From NCBI GenBank assembly GCA_030390025.1, contig CM059433.1, positions 3,162,001-3,226,000 on the forward strand: 64,000 bases of DNA, written 5' to 3'. Position 1 is the first letter of the stretch; the number at the start of each line of letters is the position of its first letter. This document shows, in pieces, positions 50,880 to 63,060 of the stretch. The notes beneath the pieces are model-generated. The model searched no databases and was not told the origin of the DNA. It saw only the letters and a program-made list of their open reading frames with translations. The translations under genes and the position numbers were made by a program. The stretch comes from Squalus acanthias. Taxonomy: Eukaryota.

Positions 50880-52535
50880 TGTAAAGTTTCGCAATTATCG
50901 CGATTCAAAATAACACAAGAGAAGCAGATTCGTTTGATCAGTTTTATTAAACGAAATGCTGTCCTGATAATAAAGGACACAGAAGCCTGTAAAATGGCCG
51001 CCGCGCATCGTGGCAGAAGCTTCCAGAAACACAGTGGGCAGACAAAATGGCGTAGAATATACATTTAGTATAAGATTGGATCATACTCGGTAAACACTGA
51101 TAAAGACAGGATGCAACCCGTTTGCATTTGGAACAATAGCAAAGATATAAGTGCTGGAATCGTTTTCCTATGCACAGAAAGGATCATTGAACTGGGCAAT
51201 CAAAGGCCCATCCAGACACATCAATACACAAATACCCCCCCCGGCTCTACAATGAGAGAGACATTGACGGGTGATTAAGTCAGTATTCGGGGGCCCCCAA
51301 AACCAGTCAGGGAGATGATTCATACACATCCTGGCTGAGTCAACAATGGGGAAAACATTAACGGATAGTTGGCCAGTTTCAGGTGCTACCGAAACCCGTT
51401 AAAGAAGATAATCGCCCCATGCTGGGAGTTTTGAGCGCCAAATATTACACAAAGGACAAACATTAAGATTTGAGCAGGAGATAAGAGGACACATCACTAT
51501 AACTATAGAGAACAAATGTCCATCGGTCTCTTATTCTCCCGGCTGGCTCTTATCTCTGCTGACTCTTGACTCGGGCTGAACTCTTATCCTCTGATACCGC
51601 TCTGCTGGACGAGCAGCCTCTTGATTTTCTCTCTGAAACTTTGTTGACTCTTGACTCTTAGCCGTACTGGTCAGTTATTCGAGTGTTGGGTGGAGCTCAA
51701 TCGGTACGAGCCGCCCCGACAAGGGCAAGTAACAGGGTACACCATCCCGAGTGTCGGTAAACGGTGTCTGGACCCGGAGGCCCGAGGAGACGAGACGAGA
51801 AGAAATTCCACGTGCCGCCACGGTCAGTAAACCCCGACCGCGCCCGAAAAATATAAATACAGGACTCTTCTTTGAGTTCTACCGACTACAACCTGTGTCG
51901 AGCACAGGAAGACTCTTCTTTGAACTGTGTCCGAGGTCCGTCGAGTTCTTCATGACAACAGGGAGCCTGGCCTGCTTTTCGCAGCAGCGAAAGTAAACAA
52001 GTGGGGTGCAGAGACCCTTCCAAACACGTGACAGTCAGGCGCTGAAGCGAAACGAGCCGAGTGCCTCACTTTAAAATCTCCGAAATTAAACGAGTGGTGA
52101 GCATGTTTTACGATCCTACAAATCTAGACGTAGTGTAGGTATTATTAAGGGAGGGTGGTTTTTAATAAGGTTAAGATATAATGTGTTCCCCTTTCTACGA
52201 TGTGCCGTGTGTTCTCCATTTCCACAGACCAAGCTTTATGAATGTATGTATACTTGTACTATCGTTGATTTGTGCCTATGACATGTATTTCATGATTTTA
52301 GACGCCATGCAATAAAGATTTCCATTTCGTACTATTCAACCGGGTCTATTTGAGTTTTTCTCTGCATTACTGCTCCCTGCACCTAAGTCCAGTGTTAGAA
52401 CCGTAAGGGCGAGTGGGTCGAACCACTCACAGGTGCTTATTGCAAAAAGGCTGGCCGGAGACCAGAGCAAGCAATAGTATTAGGCAACGAAGGCCTAACC
52501 TCGCACCAGCACCGTCTGAGACACGCCCCCTTACA
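50880..52535 (+). mobile_element. Long solo LTR, 1656 bp
   Basis: TGTAA...TTACA ends; 4-bp TSD ATGT (50876-50879, 52536-52539); AATAAA at 52311; interrupts the Harbinger transposase. Confidence 0.8.
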
Positions 52536-52639
52536 ATGTTTACAGGTAACAATGAGAAGATTATGAACTATGAGATCCACCTGAAAAATGATCATCAGTT
52601 GTCTTTATAAGGTTGTAAACTATTGCCTGACTAATGTGC

Positions 52640-52913
52640 ATTGCCCACTTCCTTCACCCCACGTTTGGTGGCCTTCTGGGCTCTAAGTTCCGGCATTCGC
52701 TCCCTAAACCTCTCTGCCTCTCAACCTATTTCTCCTCCTTTAAGAAGCTCCTTAAACCTACCACTTTGACCAAGCTTTTAATCACCTCTCATATATCTCC
52801 TTCTTTGTCTTGGTGTCAATGTGTGTATGATTACGCTCCTGTGAAGCTCTTTGGGATATTTTACTATGTTAAAGCGCTACATAAATGCAAGTTTTTGTTG
52901 TTGTTGTTGTTGT
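52640..52913 (+). mobile_element. L2 3' fragment
   Basis: SLPKPL...FKKLLK motif and (TTG)n tail. Confidence 0.8.
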
Positions 52914-53653
52914 AATGCTGCCGGGAACGACTCAGTGGAAAAGAACATTCAAAGCCTATTTTCACTCCTACAGATCACCCTGTTCTCCTCATTGAAGTGG
53001 GGTCCAGAACTTCCTCCAGCAGCTAGCAAAACTTGACAATTGCCTCTGGGTGGAAGTAGTCTTCTAATGCATTGCCTGTGGAAAAGTCAAGATAGGACCT
53101 CTGTAAATCCCATGGGGTGGGTCAGTGTTGATGAAACAAATGTCTTCCTCAAATCTAGTATCTTCCTAATTCCTCATTCCTCATAGGAACCCGATTTCCA
53201 TTTTAAAAGAGGCCTATTGCATGAATCAGGCGGGCACTTTGGACACCTGGCGGTAAGGCTCTATAAAAATGGAGCCGGCCGCATTGCCGGTGTTAATGGG
53301 ACGGGAAGGGTACCAACCCCACTTTGTGGCCGCTACCTATCCCATTAACACTAGGCGAGGGCACACAAAATTGACCCCAGTCGCTATTCTGGAAGGGTGG
53401 CAAGTTTATCCTTTTCCAAAACAGACAGCGAAAGAGATGGAGCAACAGTAACAATGTTACGCCATTGCTGACTTCCCAACGTTGTTGGTTTGGTTAACTG
53501 AATAGGGTCTATCTAAACTAAATTCACCACAAAAGGTTGTTAGAATATTGAAGCGAGAAAAACAATCACTGAGCTTACATGGATGTCAAGGCAACACATT
53601 GCAAAGGACACGGGTGAGCTTCTCTGATGAATCCCCCCCCCCACCCCCCGGTA

Positions 53654-54276
53654 TAGTACCCACCCTCCTGTATGCCTCAGAGACATGGACCATGTACAGC
53701 AGGCACCTCAAAGCACAGGAGAGGTACCACCAACGCTGCCTCCGCAAGATCCTGCAAATCTATTGGCAGGATAGGTGCACCAACGTCAGAGTTCTCGCTC
53801 AGGCCAACATCCCCAGCATCGAAGCTTTGACCACGCTCGATCAGCTCCGATGGACGGGTCACATTGTCCGCATGCCCGATACGAGACTCCCAAAACAAGC
53901 GCTCCGACACGGCAAGAGAGCCCCAGGTGGGCAGAGGAAACGCTTCAAGGACACCCTCAAAGCCTCCTTGAAAAAGTGCAACATCCCCACCCGACACCTG
54001 GGAATCCCTGGCCCAAGACCGCACAAAGTGGAGGAGAAGCATCCGGGAAGGCGCCGAACACCTCGAGTCTCTTCGCCGGGAGCAAGCGGAAGCCAAGCGC
54101 AGGCATCGCAAGGAGCGCACGTCAACCCAAGCACCCCACCCACCCGCCCCTTCAACCACCGTCTGCCCCACCTGTGACAAAGACTGCAGGTCCCGCATTG
54201 GACTCATCAGTCACCTGAGAACTCATTTTTAATGTGGAAGCAAGTCATCCTCGCCTCCGCGGGACTGCCTAAGAAG
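53654..54276 (+). mobile_element. RTE-clade LINE 3' fragment
   Basis: Near-identical reverse complement of 43494-44112; ends ...CTAAGAAG. Confidence 0.92.
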
Positions 54277-54699
54277 CCTGCAGCATCAGAAAGTCTGGGG
54301 GCTCTGCCTTGCCAATGTTCCGTTCCAAATCTGTAGACTGCAATCAAGAAATTTACCAGCGATGCCCACATCCCATGAATGAATTAAAAAAAACTAAATC
54401 TTCTTCCTGAAGTTTAGAAAAATTAAGCTGCCCTTTTAAAAGAGGTGCCTCTCCATTGAATGCTGTAGTTACGCCACATATCCTGCCTTCAATATCTGCA
54501 AGCTCCCTGTAACTGAAGAATTACCAGCTTGGAGCTCACGGAGAATATTTAATTAGGTCCAAACATGGAAGGTTTACCGGGGTCAGGCATGTGTTACTCG
54601 AGCGGCACAAAGGCCATATCGCTATGTTTCCCCAGATTCAGGAACGTCACGTGAAATCCTCCCTATGTTTGCATTAGAAAGGGTGCAAAGAAAACCAGC

Positions 54700-54902
54700 A
54701 GCGAGTTGTTATGATCGGAATGCACTACTTGAAAGGGCGGTGGATGCAGATCCGATAGTAAATTTCAAAAGGGAATTGAATAAATACTTGAAAAGGAAAC
54801 ATTTGCAGGTCTATGGGGAAAGAGCGGGGGAGTGGGACTAATTGGAGAGCTCTTTCAAAGAGCCGGCACAGGCACGATGTGATGTATCATTGCATGATTC
54901 TA
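54700..54902 (+). mobile_element. CR1 3' fragment
   Basis: Homologous to 38360-38589. Confidence 0.75.
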
Positions 54903-55427
54903 ATTAGACATATCTCCAACATGAAGCGATAAGCTATGAAAAGGTTAGAGAGCTTTAAACTTTTAATTATAGAAAGAAAGCAGTTAAGAGGTATAAAAGG
55001 TATAAACAGAAGTAAGCTCAGATTAATTCAAAGCCTGCTGTGAAAGTAGCACTAGTGCAGGTTTGTCCAATACGTTAGCCATTGGCCGTGTGTGGCTAAA
55101 GGGGAATCCAGGTGTAGTGAATTGCATTTTTGATTTTGTAAATCATAAAACTATTAATAGACACCATAATTGGCCATGTGATCTCAGTACTCATATTCTT
55201 ATGGCGTAGGCACGTTCACTTTAACCTTCAAAAACGTTTGTTGGTAGTAGGGAAAATGGCAGAGTCTATTATAAAGGATGTGATAACAGGACACTTAGAA
55301 AATATCAACGGGATTAGACAAAGTCAACATGGATTTATGAAAGGGAAATCGTGTTTGACAAACTACTGGAGTTTTTTGAGGATGTAACTGGTAGAATAGA
55401 TAAGGGAGAACCAGTGGATGTGGTGTA

Positions 55428-55790
55428 CAGGAAACTCTTTATTAACCGGCACCGACGGGACCGGCGTGGTGCCGGTTAATCAAAAAGTCCGGATAACGGA
55501 GAGTTATATCTCCCAACGTACGAGAGCCCCGTACACATAGACATGCGCCTGCATTCGGAGCTCCGTCTCCCCGGGGACCGCCAGCTGACCATCTGTCGTG
55601 TCCGCTACCTACCCGGGCTGCACATTCCCCTCCCAATCTACACGCTCCGATACAAGGCAAACGCCTCGGGTTTTTTTTTAAGTTAATTTTAAACGAGAGA
55701 TGAAGGAAAACCCCGGTTACCTACTCAAGAATTTTGCCGGTTAAGAGAGATTTCCGGTTATTTGGGTGCCAGGTTAAAAGAGAGTTTCTG
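55428..55790. mobile_element. Tc1/mariner (pogo/Tigger-like) MITE
   Basis: TA duplication (55426-55427, 55791-55792); TIR CAGGAAACTCT...TTAACC / GGTTAA...AGAGTTTCTG; repeated CCGGTTA motifs. Confidence 0.85.
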
Positions 55791-56008
55791 TATTTGGATT
55801 TTCAGAAGGCCTTTGATAAAGTCCCACATAAGAGGTTAGTGTGCAAAATTAAAGCACATGGGATTGGGGGTAATATACTGGCATGGATTTAAAATTGGTT
55901 AACAGACAGGAAACAGAGAGTAGGAATAAATGGGTCTTTTTCGGTGTGGCAGGCGGTGACTAGTGGGGTACCGCAGGGATCAGTGCTTGGGCCCCAGCTA
56001 TTCACAAT

Positions 56009-56750
56009 GGCCCAAAAATTAGTGTCGCTACGCGAGAGTACGCACTGTGTACTCTTGCGTATTCTGTCTCCAATTGACGGTTTTCTGCATGCACTGCGCA
56101 TGCGCTGAAAACCGGCACTTGGTGAATTCAAAAGGGGGCGGTTCCTAGGTGAACCGCGTGCGCGCTACAGGCTGCGCGCACGCAGTGCACTTAGTGCTTT
56201 GGACGCGCAGGTAAGCATGGAAGATTTTAGACATAAAGAAAGGAGGTGTAAGACCCTCATTTAACAAGGTAAGTACTTAATTAAGTATTATTTTGAATTT
56301 TTTTTAACAGGTATATCTTTTTTAGAGACTTTAAAGACAGGTAAGTTTATTTTTATAACTTTTTAAAAGATTTTAAATTTTTTCAAAAATTAATTTTTTG
56401 TTTAAAATGGTTAATTTATTTAACTATACTTATTTTATTAATGTGATGGTTTTTTAAATTTTTTTTATTGAGGTTTAGCTGTTCTTTTGGGGGGTATAGT
56501 ATTCATAGCTTTCACAGCCGTGCTGTGAAAGCTATGAATGAAAGATGGTGTGCTGCCATTGGCTCTAACTGAGTCACGTGATCCCACAGCTCGCACGAAT
56601 TAACTACGCCTGTGGGATACGAAAGCCCTGCACAGCTGCTGTCCAGAACATCAAGTTCGTGCGAGCTCGGACTGAAAAAGCCAGCGCGCAGTGAGAGATC
56701 GCGGGAAGGCCTTACCCTCGCACGAAGGCTCACTCACTAATTTTTGGGCC
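56009..56750 (+). mobile_element. MITE, probably Harbinger-type, 742 bp
   Basis: Perfect 16-bp TIR GGCCCAAAAATTAGTG; clean interruption of CR1; TSD ambiguous (AAT/ATT). Confidence 0.85.
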
Positions 56751-58070
56751 ATTATATATCAATGATTTGGATGAGGGAACCAAATGTAATATTTCCAAGT
56801 TTGCTGACAACACAAAACTAGGTGGGATTGTGAGTTGTGAGGAGGATGCAAAGAGGCTTCAAGGCGATTTAGACAAGTTGAGTGAGTGGGCAAATACATG
56901 GCAGATGCAGTATAACGTGGATAAATGTGAAGTTATCCACTTCGGTAGGAAAAACAGAAAGGTAGAGTATTATTTAAATGGTGATAGATTGGGAAATGTT
57001 GATGTACAAAGGGACCTGGGTGTCCTTGTACACCAGTCACTGAAAGCAAACATGCAGGTGCAGCAAGCAGTTAGGAAGGCAAATGGTATGTTGGCCTTCA
57101 TTGCAAGAGGATTTGAGTACAGGAGCAAGGATGTCTTACTGCAGTTGTAGAGGGCCTTGGTGAGACCACACCTGGAGTACTGTGTGCAGTTTTGGTCTCC
57201 TTATCTAAGAAAGGATATACTTGCCATAGAGGGAGTGCAGCGAAGGTTCACCAGACTGATTCCTAGGATGGCAGGACTGTCGTATGAGGAGAGATTGGGT
57301 CAACTAAACTAGAGTTTAGAAGAATGAGAGGGGATCTCATTGAAACGTATAAAATTCTGACAGGGCTAGACAGACTGGATGCAGGGAGGATGTTTCCCCT
57401 GGCTGGGGGGGTCTAGAACGAGGGGTCACAGTCTCAGGATATGGGGGTAGGACATTTAGGACTGAGATGAGGAGAAATTTCTTCACTCAGAGGGTGGTGA
57501 ACCTGTGGAATTCTCTACCACAGAAGGCTGTGGAGGCCAAGTCACTGAATATATTTAAGAAGGAGATAGATAGATTTCTAGACACAAAAGGCATCAAGGG
57601 GTATGGGGAGAGAGCGGGAATATGGTATTGAGATAGAGGATCAGCCATGATCATATTGAATGGCGGAGCAGGCTCGAAGGGCCGAATGGCCTACTCCTGC
57701 TCCTATTTTTCTATGTTTCTATGTTGGTAAAATAGTAACACCAAAAGCAGAGTGTGCAAATGTTTTTTGATTGTATGTGTTTACTTCCTTGGTTATGCTT
57801 ATTGGCTATCTTCTAACATGGGTGAAAATGCCAGATTCAGCACCATGCAAACACCAGCAACATTGTATAGAGAGGGGAACTGTCATCGTGGTCAGCTTGG
57901 CCAATCGGAATAACCGCTCCAGGCCAACAGAAGCAAGCAAGCCCAATCAATAACGAGGATCTCCGGCAGATCATGTCATGGCACAGGGCAAGCAACATCC
58001 AGCCACGGTCTGGATGGAGAGCAGGGGTGGGTCTGGTATGCCTCGTGCGAGTCAACTTTCTCAGTAACCA

Positions 58071-58276
58071 ATAGCAAAATACTGCGGATGCTGGAAATCC
58101 GAAATAACAACAACAGAAAACGCTGGAAAAACTCAGCAGGCCAGGCAGCATCCGTGGAGAGAGAAACAGAGTTAACGTTTCAGGTCAAAGACCTTTCGTC
58201 CTGAAACGTTAACTCTGTTTCTCTCTCCACGGATGCTGCCTGGCCTGCTGAGTTTTTCCAGCGTTTTCTGTTGTTA
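58071..58276. mobile_element. Penelope-like insertion forming a perfect inverted repeat
   Basis: 76-bp arms 58109-58184 and 58200-58275; flanking direct repeat TTTCTCAGTAACCA (58057-58070, 58277-58290). Confidence 0.8.
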
Positions 58277-59751
58277 TTTCTCAGTAACCACTCTGGTGAA
58301 CTCAAAGTATTGCTCACAACTGCTGGGCAAAAAGCTAGAAGCTGCATTAAGATGTGTTGTGTTTGATAAATCCATGTCAGAATTCCAAACTTTGGCGAAA
58401 GAGAAAGAATGCAAAGTTTCACACTGGATGATGGTGGATGTTTGTTCAGTAACTATACAAGTGAAGTACATTTACCCGTATTGTGTGGAAGAGGTTTTCT
58501 ACTAAAATTAGTGCATGTGGTTAAAATGGTGGCACCATAGCCACGCCTGTGGCTAGTCAGTGATTTCTATTGGACAACTCTGAATAGTGGAAATTAGTAA
58601 AAAGTATATTTTAAACATATATCAAGAATTTCTTTACTCAAAGAGTAATCATTGTAATAGTCTGTGAGGCAGATAATTGTTTTAATCAAGTTGGGAGAGT
58701 TAGGGTACGAGATAGATGAGTTTCACTGGACTTTTCTTCTGTTGTTCTCTCCTCCAAATGGGCATTCTTCATGTGTGAGCCTAGACACCAAAAGGCCAAT
58801 TGCCTGTGGACCCTGCACCGGGCACCAGGCAAGCAGAGTGCACTCAGAACGTACCCTTTCTGCAATGTCCTGAGCTTGCATTTATTACATGGGCCATACA
58901 TTCCCCTGGAGCGGGCTCATCCCCTGGAAGCTTGGGAGGAAATTCAGCCGACAGAGGCAAGTCGCAGCAGGAATGGTTGCCGACATCAAGGAAGATAGGA
59001 ACGGGAGGAGACCAGTCAGCCCCTCGAGCCTGGTCCACCATTCAATGAGATCATGGCTGATCTGTTTAAGAACAGCAGCTGAAGGCCCCAAACCCCAGGT
59101 GATTATCCTGCTGGCCCGGAAAGAAAAATCACCGACCTTTCTGATGCCTCAATGAGTGAGCTGCCTGGCCTTTCCTGATACTTTGATCAGAAAGGAGCTG
59201 GGCCCAGGGTTTAAGGCTCACTTCTGGTGTTTCCTCAAAATGGGCATATTGGCAAGGAACAAAGAGGAACATGAGATGTGAGGCCTCTTCTACATGGTTG
59301 CCCTTAACCTGCACCAATTGTAGGCACATACGCTCCCCGCCCCACCCAGGGGAAGCTGTGGAAATGGTGGGCATAATAAAAGTGTCAGAGACCCAGCATC
59401 TCAGCCCTTTTTCCCCTTTTCCCGTACTTTGAATAAGTGTTCCCTGGGTGCAATTCAAAGGAAATTGGCCACTGAATATTAGCTACAAACTTAGCTATCT
59501 CAAAGAGCTCTACTATATTTGTGAGGCATAACCTTCCATTTCTAAAGCCATTGCTGTTCTTTTGACTGTCTGCTTTCTTCAGAGATGATTATTGATTGAA
59601 GCCGATATAATGCCCTTTTCTCTAGTATTGAAGTCAGGTTTACTCACCGGCAATTCCAAGTGACACATTTGAAGAACGCTGTGACATTCCAATACACAGC
59701 TACTGCACAATTGTGATATTCCAGTCATAAGTGTCCAGTGACGCAAGCACC

Positions 59752-60325
59752 AACAGCAATAACAACTTGCATTTATATAGCGCCTTTAATGCAGCAAAAT
59801 GTCCCAACTTAAGGCGCTTAACAAGAGCGTTATCAATAATACTTTGACACCGAGCCACAGAAGGAGATATCATAGAATCATAGAATGGTTACAGCACAGG
59901 AGGAGGCCATTCGGCCCGTCGAGCCCGTGCCGGCTCTCTGCAAGAGCACCTCAGCTAGTCCCACTCCCCCGCCCTTTCCCCGTAGCCCTGCAAAAAAAAA
60001 ATTCTTCAGGTACTTATCCAACTCCCTTTTGAAAGCCACGATCGAGTCTGCCTCCACCACCCTTTCAGGCAGTGCATTCCAGATCCTGACCACTTGCTGC
60101 GTAAAAAAGTTTTTCCTCATGTTGCCTTTGGTTCTCCTGCCAATCGCCTTAAATCTGTGTCCTCTGGTTCTCGACCCTTCCGCCAATGGGAACAGTTTCT
60201 CACTATCTACTCTGTCTAGACCCCTCATGATTTTGAACACCTCTATGCAATCTCCTCCCAACCTTCTCTGCTCTAAGGAGAACAACCCCAGCTTCTCCAG
60301 TCTATCCACATAACTGACATCCCTT
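59752..60325 (-). mobile_element. L2 3' tail (59752-59868) followed by a CR1 3' fragment (59870-60325)
   Basis: AACTTGCATTTATATAGCGCCTTT tail; ORF 59878..60309. Confidence 0.85.
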
Positions 60326-60500
60326 GATTAATCCTTGCCTCTCCAAGTGGAGACTAATTCTGTCCATCAGAATTTTTTCCAATAATTTCCCTACCACTGA
60401 TGTTCGGCTCACTCACCTTGTTATAAGTGAAGTACAAAGAGAGATAATGAGGATTTTTCTTAACCTACATTAAAGGTGCTATATAAATACAAGTTGCTGT

Positions 60501-60973
60501 GTGTCAGCCATGGCTCAGTGGGTAGCACACTCGCCTCTGAGTCAGAAGGTTGTAGGTTTACGTCCCACTCCAAAGATTTGAGCACAAAAAGCTAGGCTGA
60601 CACTCCAGTGCAGTGCTGAGGGAGTGCTGCACTGTCAGAGGTGCCGTCTTTTGGATGAGATGTTAAACCGAGGCCCCGTCTGCTCTCTCAGGTGGACGTA
60701 AACGATCCCATGGCACTATTTCGAAGAAGAGCAGGGGAGTGCACCCTGGTGTCCTGGCAAATATATTTCCCTCAACAAACATAACAAAAACAGATTATCT
60801 GGTCATTATCGCATTGCTGTTTGTGGGAGCTTGCTGTGTGCAAATTGGCTGCTGCGTTTCCCACATTACAACAGTGACTCCACTTCAAAAAGTACTTCAT
60901 TGGCTGTAAAGCACTTTGAGATGTCCGGTGGTTGTGAAAGGTGCTATATAAATGCAAGTCTTTCTTTCTTTTT
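60501..60973 (+). mobile_element. Full-length DeuSINE (SacSINE1-like)
   Basis: Reverse complement of 24278-24755; A box TGGCTCAGTGG. Confidence 0.9.
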
Positions 60974-61604
60974 AACTATTCTTATGCACAATTAGAAGTG
61001 ACCACAGGGAGGTACTCACTTTGCTTTTCCATCTTCAACTAGTAAGATATTTTCATTTCACTTCATTCTACTGGACCTGCATTGTGAAGCCTTTCTTTTT
61101 CTCCCAAATTACATTTAAGTCAATGTGTAGTAGAGTTCTGTTCTTTGCAGAAAATATGGGCTTCAACAGATGCCTTGTACTCAAGGTGCAGTCTGTTATG
61201 AATGATCTAGGCTGTGAGGTCTCTCAGAGCCTGGGCTATTCCAACATCTGTGGAAACAAAGCCACTTCCGAGTTGTGTCTGTGGTCAACGTGTATGCAGT
61301 CATTGCAGCAATATGGAAAATGATGTTTGCTTGCTTATCCTGTCGCATCTACTTTAACAGAAAGGCCAATAGCTCGGAAGGAAAAAAGTTGGTAGTGCAG
61401 GGCTGATGCACACACCTCAGCACTCTGCAGCGCTCACACTATTTAAAACAGATCACAGCCCAAACACGCACAGGTACTAGTCTGTTTGATGAGGATACAC
61501 AGGGTGAATCATTGACAATGAGTCAGACTTGATGGGTGTAGAAGGGCAGGCCATACAGAGATTCAGCGATACGGAGATTAATGTCCTATGTGCGCCCTCC
61601 ACTT

Positions 61605-62372
61605 TCTAAGGAACATTAGGCTCGCCATGGGTGAGTACGCACTATGTACTCACCCGTGGACGGAACGAAAGTGCCAGTTTTTTGCATGCACTGCGCATGC
61701 GCAGGAAACCGGCACTTCCGTTCCCCTGAAGGAAGGGGTTCAGAGGTCGAACGCGCATGCCGGAGGGCCAGCGCGTTCGCCTCGCACTTCGGTTTTTTTT
61801 TACAGGTTCCTCCGTGAGGGTAAGCACGGAGAAGATACACTTTGAAAAAGGAGGCGCAAGGCCTTCTTTTAACAAGGTAAGTGGTGATTTTATTCAAATT
61901 TAAACATTTTTTTTCACAGATTTATCTTTTTTAATTGCTTTAAAGAAAGGTAAGTTTAGTTTTAGCCCCGTTAGAAAGTGTAATTATTTTTTTCAAAAAT
62001 TTTAATTTTTGTTTATAATAGTTAATTTATGTAATTTATAGTTATTTTAAAAATGTGATTCTTTTTTTTAATTTATTTGTAGTTTTAGGGAGGTTTTGGG
62101 GCAAATTTGTATTCATAGATTTGACAGGTCTTCCTGTCAAATCTATGAATGAAAGATGGTCTGCTGCCATTGGTTCTCCATGGCCCACGTGATCCCAGGG
62201 GACGCATCGCACTAACTGCGCCCCTGGGATACACAAGCACTGCGCGCCAGCAGTTGGAGGAGGCCCAGGAGCCGAATTCTCCGCGGGCCCAGAGGTCAAC
62301 GGCAGGCACGGTAGGTAGGTGCGCGCGCGATCCTTGCACCCGCGGGAAGCCAGGGAGCCGAATTTCTGGCCC
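61605..62372 (+). mobile_element. MITE related to 56009-56750
   Basis: Same order of motifs and hairpins; right end GAATTTCTGGCCC; left end degenerate. Confidence 0.78.
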
Positions 62373-62392
62373 AGCATTTTTGCATATTTTTT

Positions 62393-63060
62393 GGGCCAAC
62401 ATTTGCGATTGGAGGCTTCCCGCGGGTGGACGCCTCCGGCCTGCAAAATGTCTACTAATTTACCTGGTGGCCCGGGAGATATGGAGGCTTACGATCCTGG
62501 GCCTCTCCGGGTCCGCGCGGGCAGAGCCCCACGTATCCCAGGGGCGCAAGCGGTTCGTAGTCGCTCCTGGGATCACGTGGGCTGGCCCAAACAATAAAAG
62601 AAGGGAATCCCCTTCTATACGTACAGAACTGTCAAAAGTATGAATGGGGATCACCTAAAAAATACACCAACATATTAAATAAAAAAAAAATTTAAATTAC
62701 ATATTTAAAATTAATTAAAATGCCATTTAAAATATTCTTTGCTCAGAGTCCTGCAGCTCTGTGGTGCCCCTGCATCAAAGCCTTGGGTTCACTCGCTGTT
62801 CAGAGGGAATAGATAAGCAGCACTCCGTTTAAAAGCTTGTCGCTGCCTCAAAAGTTACTTCATTGTACAGTGCTCGGCACTTTTCTGGAAAGTTTGATTA
62901 CCTTGCCCAACTCGGATTTTTGTGTTTAAAATTTAATTTTTTGATTTTTACGGGGCTAAAAATAAACTTACCTTTTTGAAGAGTAGTTTTAATTTATAAA
63001 TGAGTTATCAAATTTCATTTTTCTATTCTTTGAAACTCTTAAGCTGGTAAAATCCGGCCC
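62393..63060 (-). mobile_element. Third related MITE in opposite orientation, with a 197-bp foreign insert
   Basis: Ends GGGCCAACATTT / AAAATCCGGCCC; GGGATCACGTG and AACTTACCTT motifs are reverse complements of those in the other copies. Confidence 0.65.

Larger units (their letters stand above)
48000..53378 (-). mobile_element. Old Harbinger element (Myb on +, transposase on -) carrying CR1, solo LTR and L2 insertions
   Basis: KYRKRFTDITRLVK|GTAAG at about 48285-48331; ORF 50251..50679 (GWLICDQEYPL...LKSRIRWLD); transposase resumes after 52536; terminus AAAATTGACCCC. Left boundary uncertain. Confidence 0.7.
55243..57724 (+). mobile_element. CR1 LINE RT-to-3' end, carrying two MITEs
   Basis: [24 protein letters not shown] and the C-terminus are collinear across the insertions. 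Confidence 0.92.

Noticed and set aside
61130..61330. Possible host exon (acceptor-like TTCTTTGCAG; TTTCCACAG on -)
   Set aside because: All three minus-strand frames hit stops, the plus-strand peptides are unrecognisable, and there is no strong donor.
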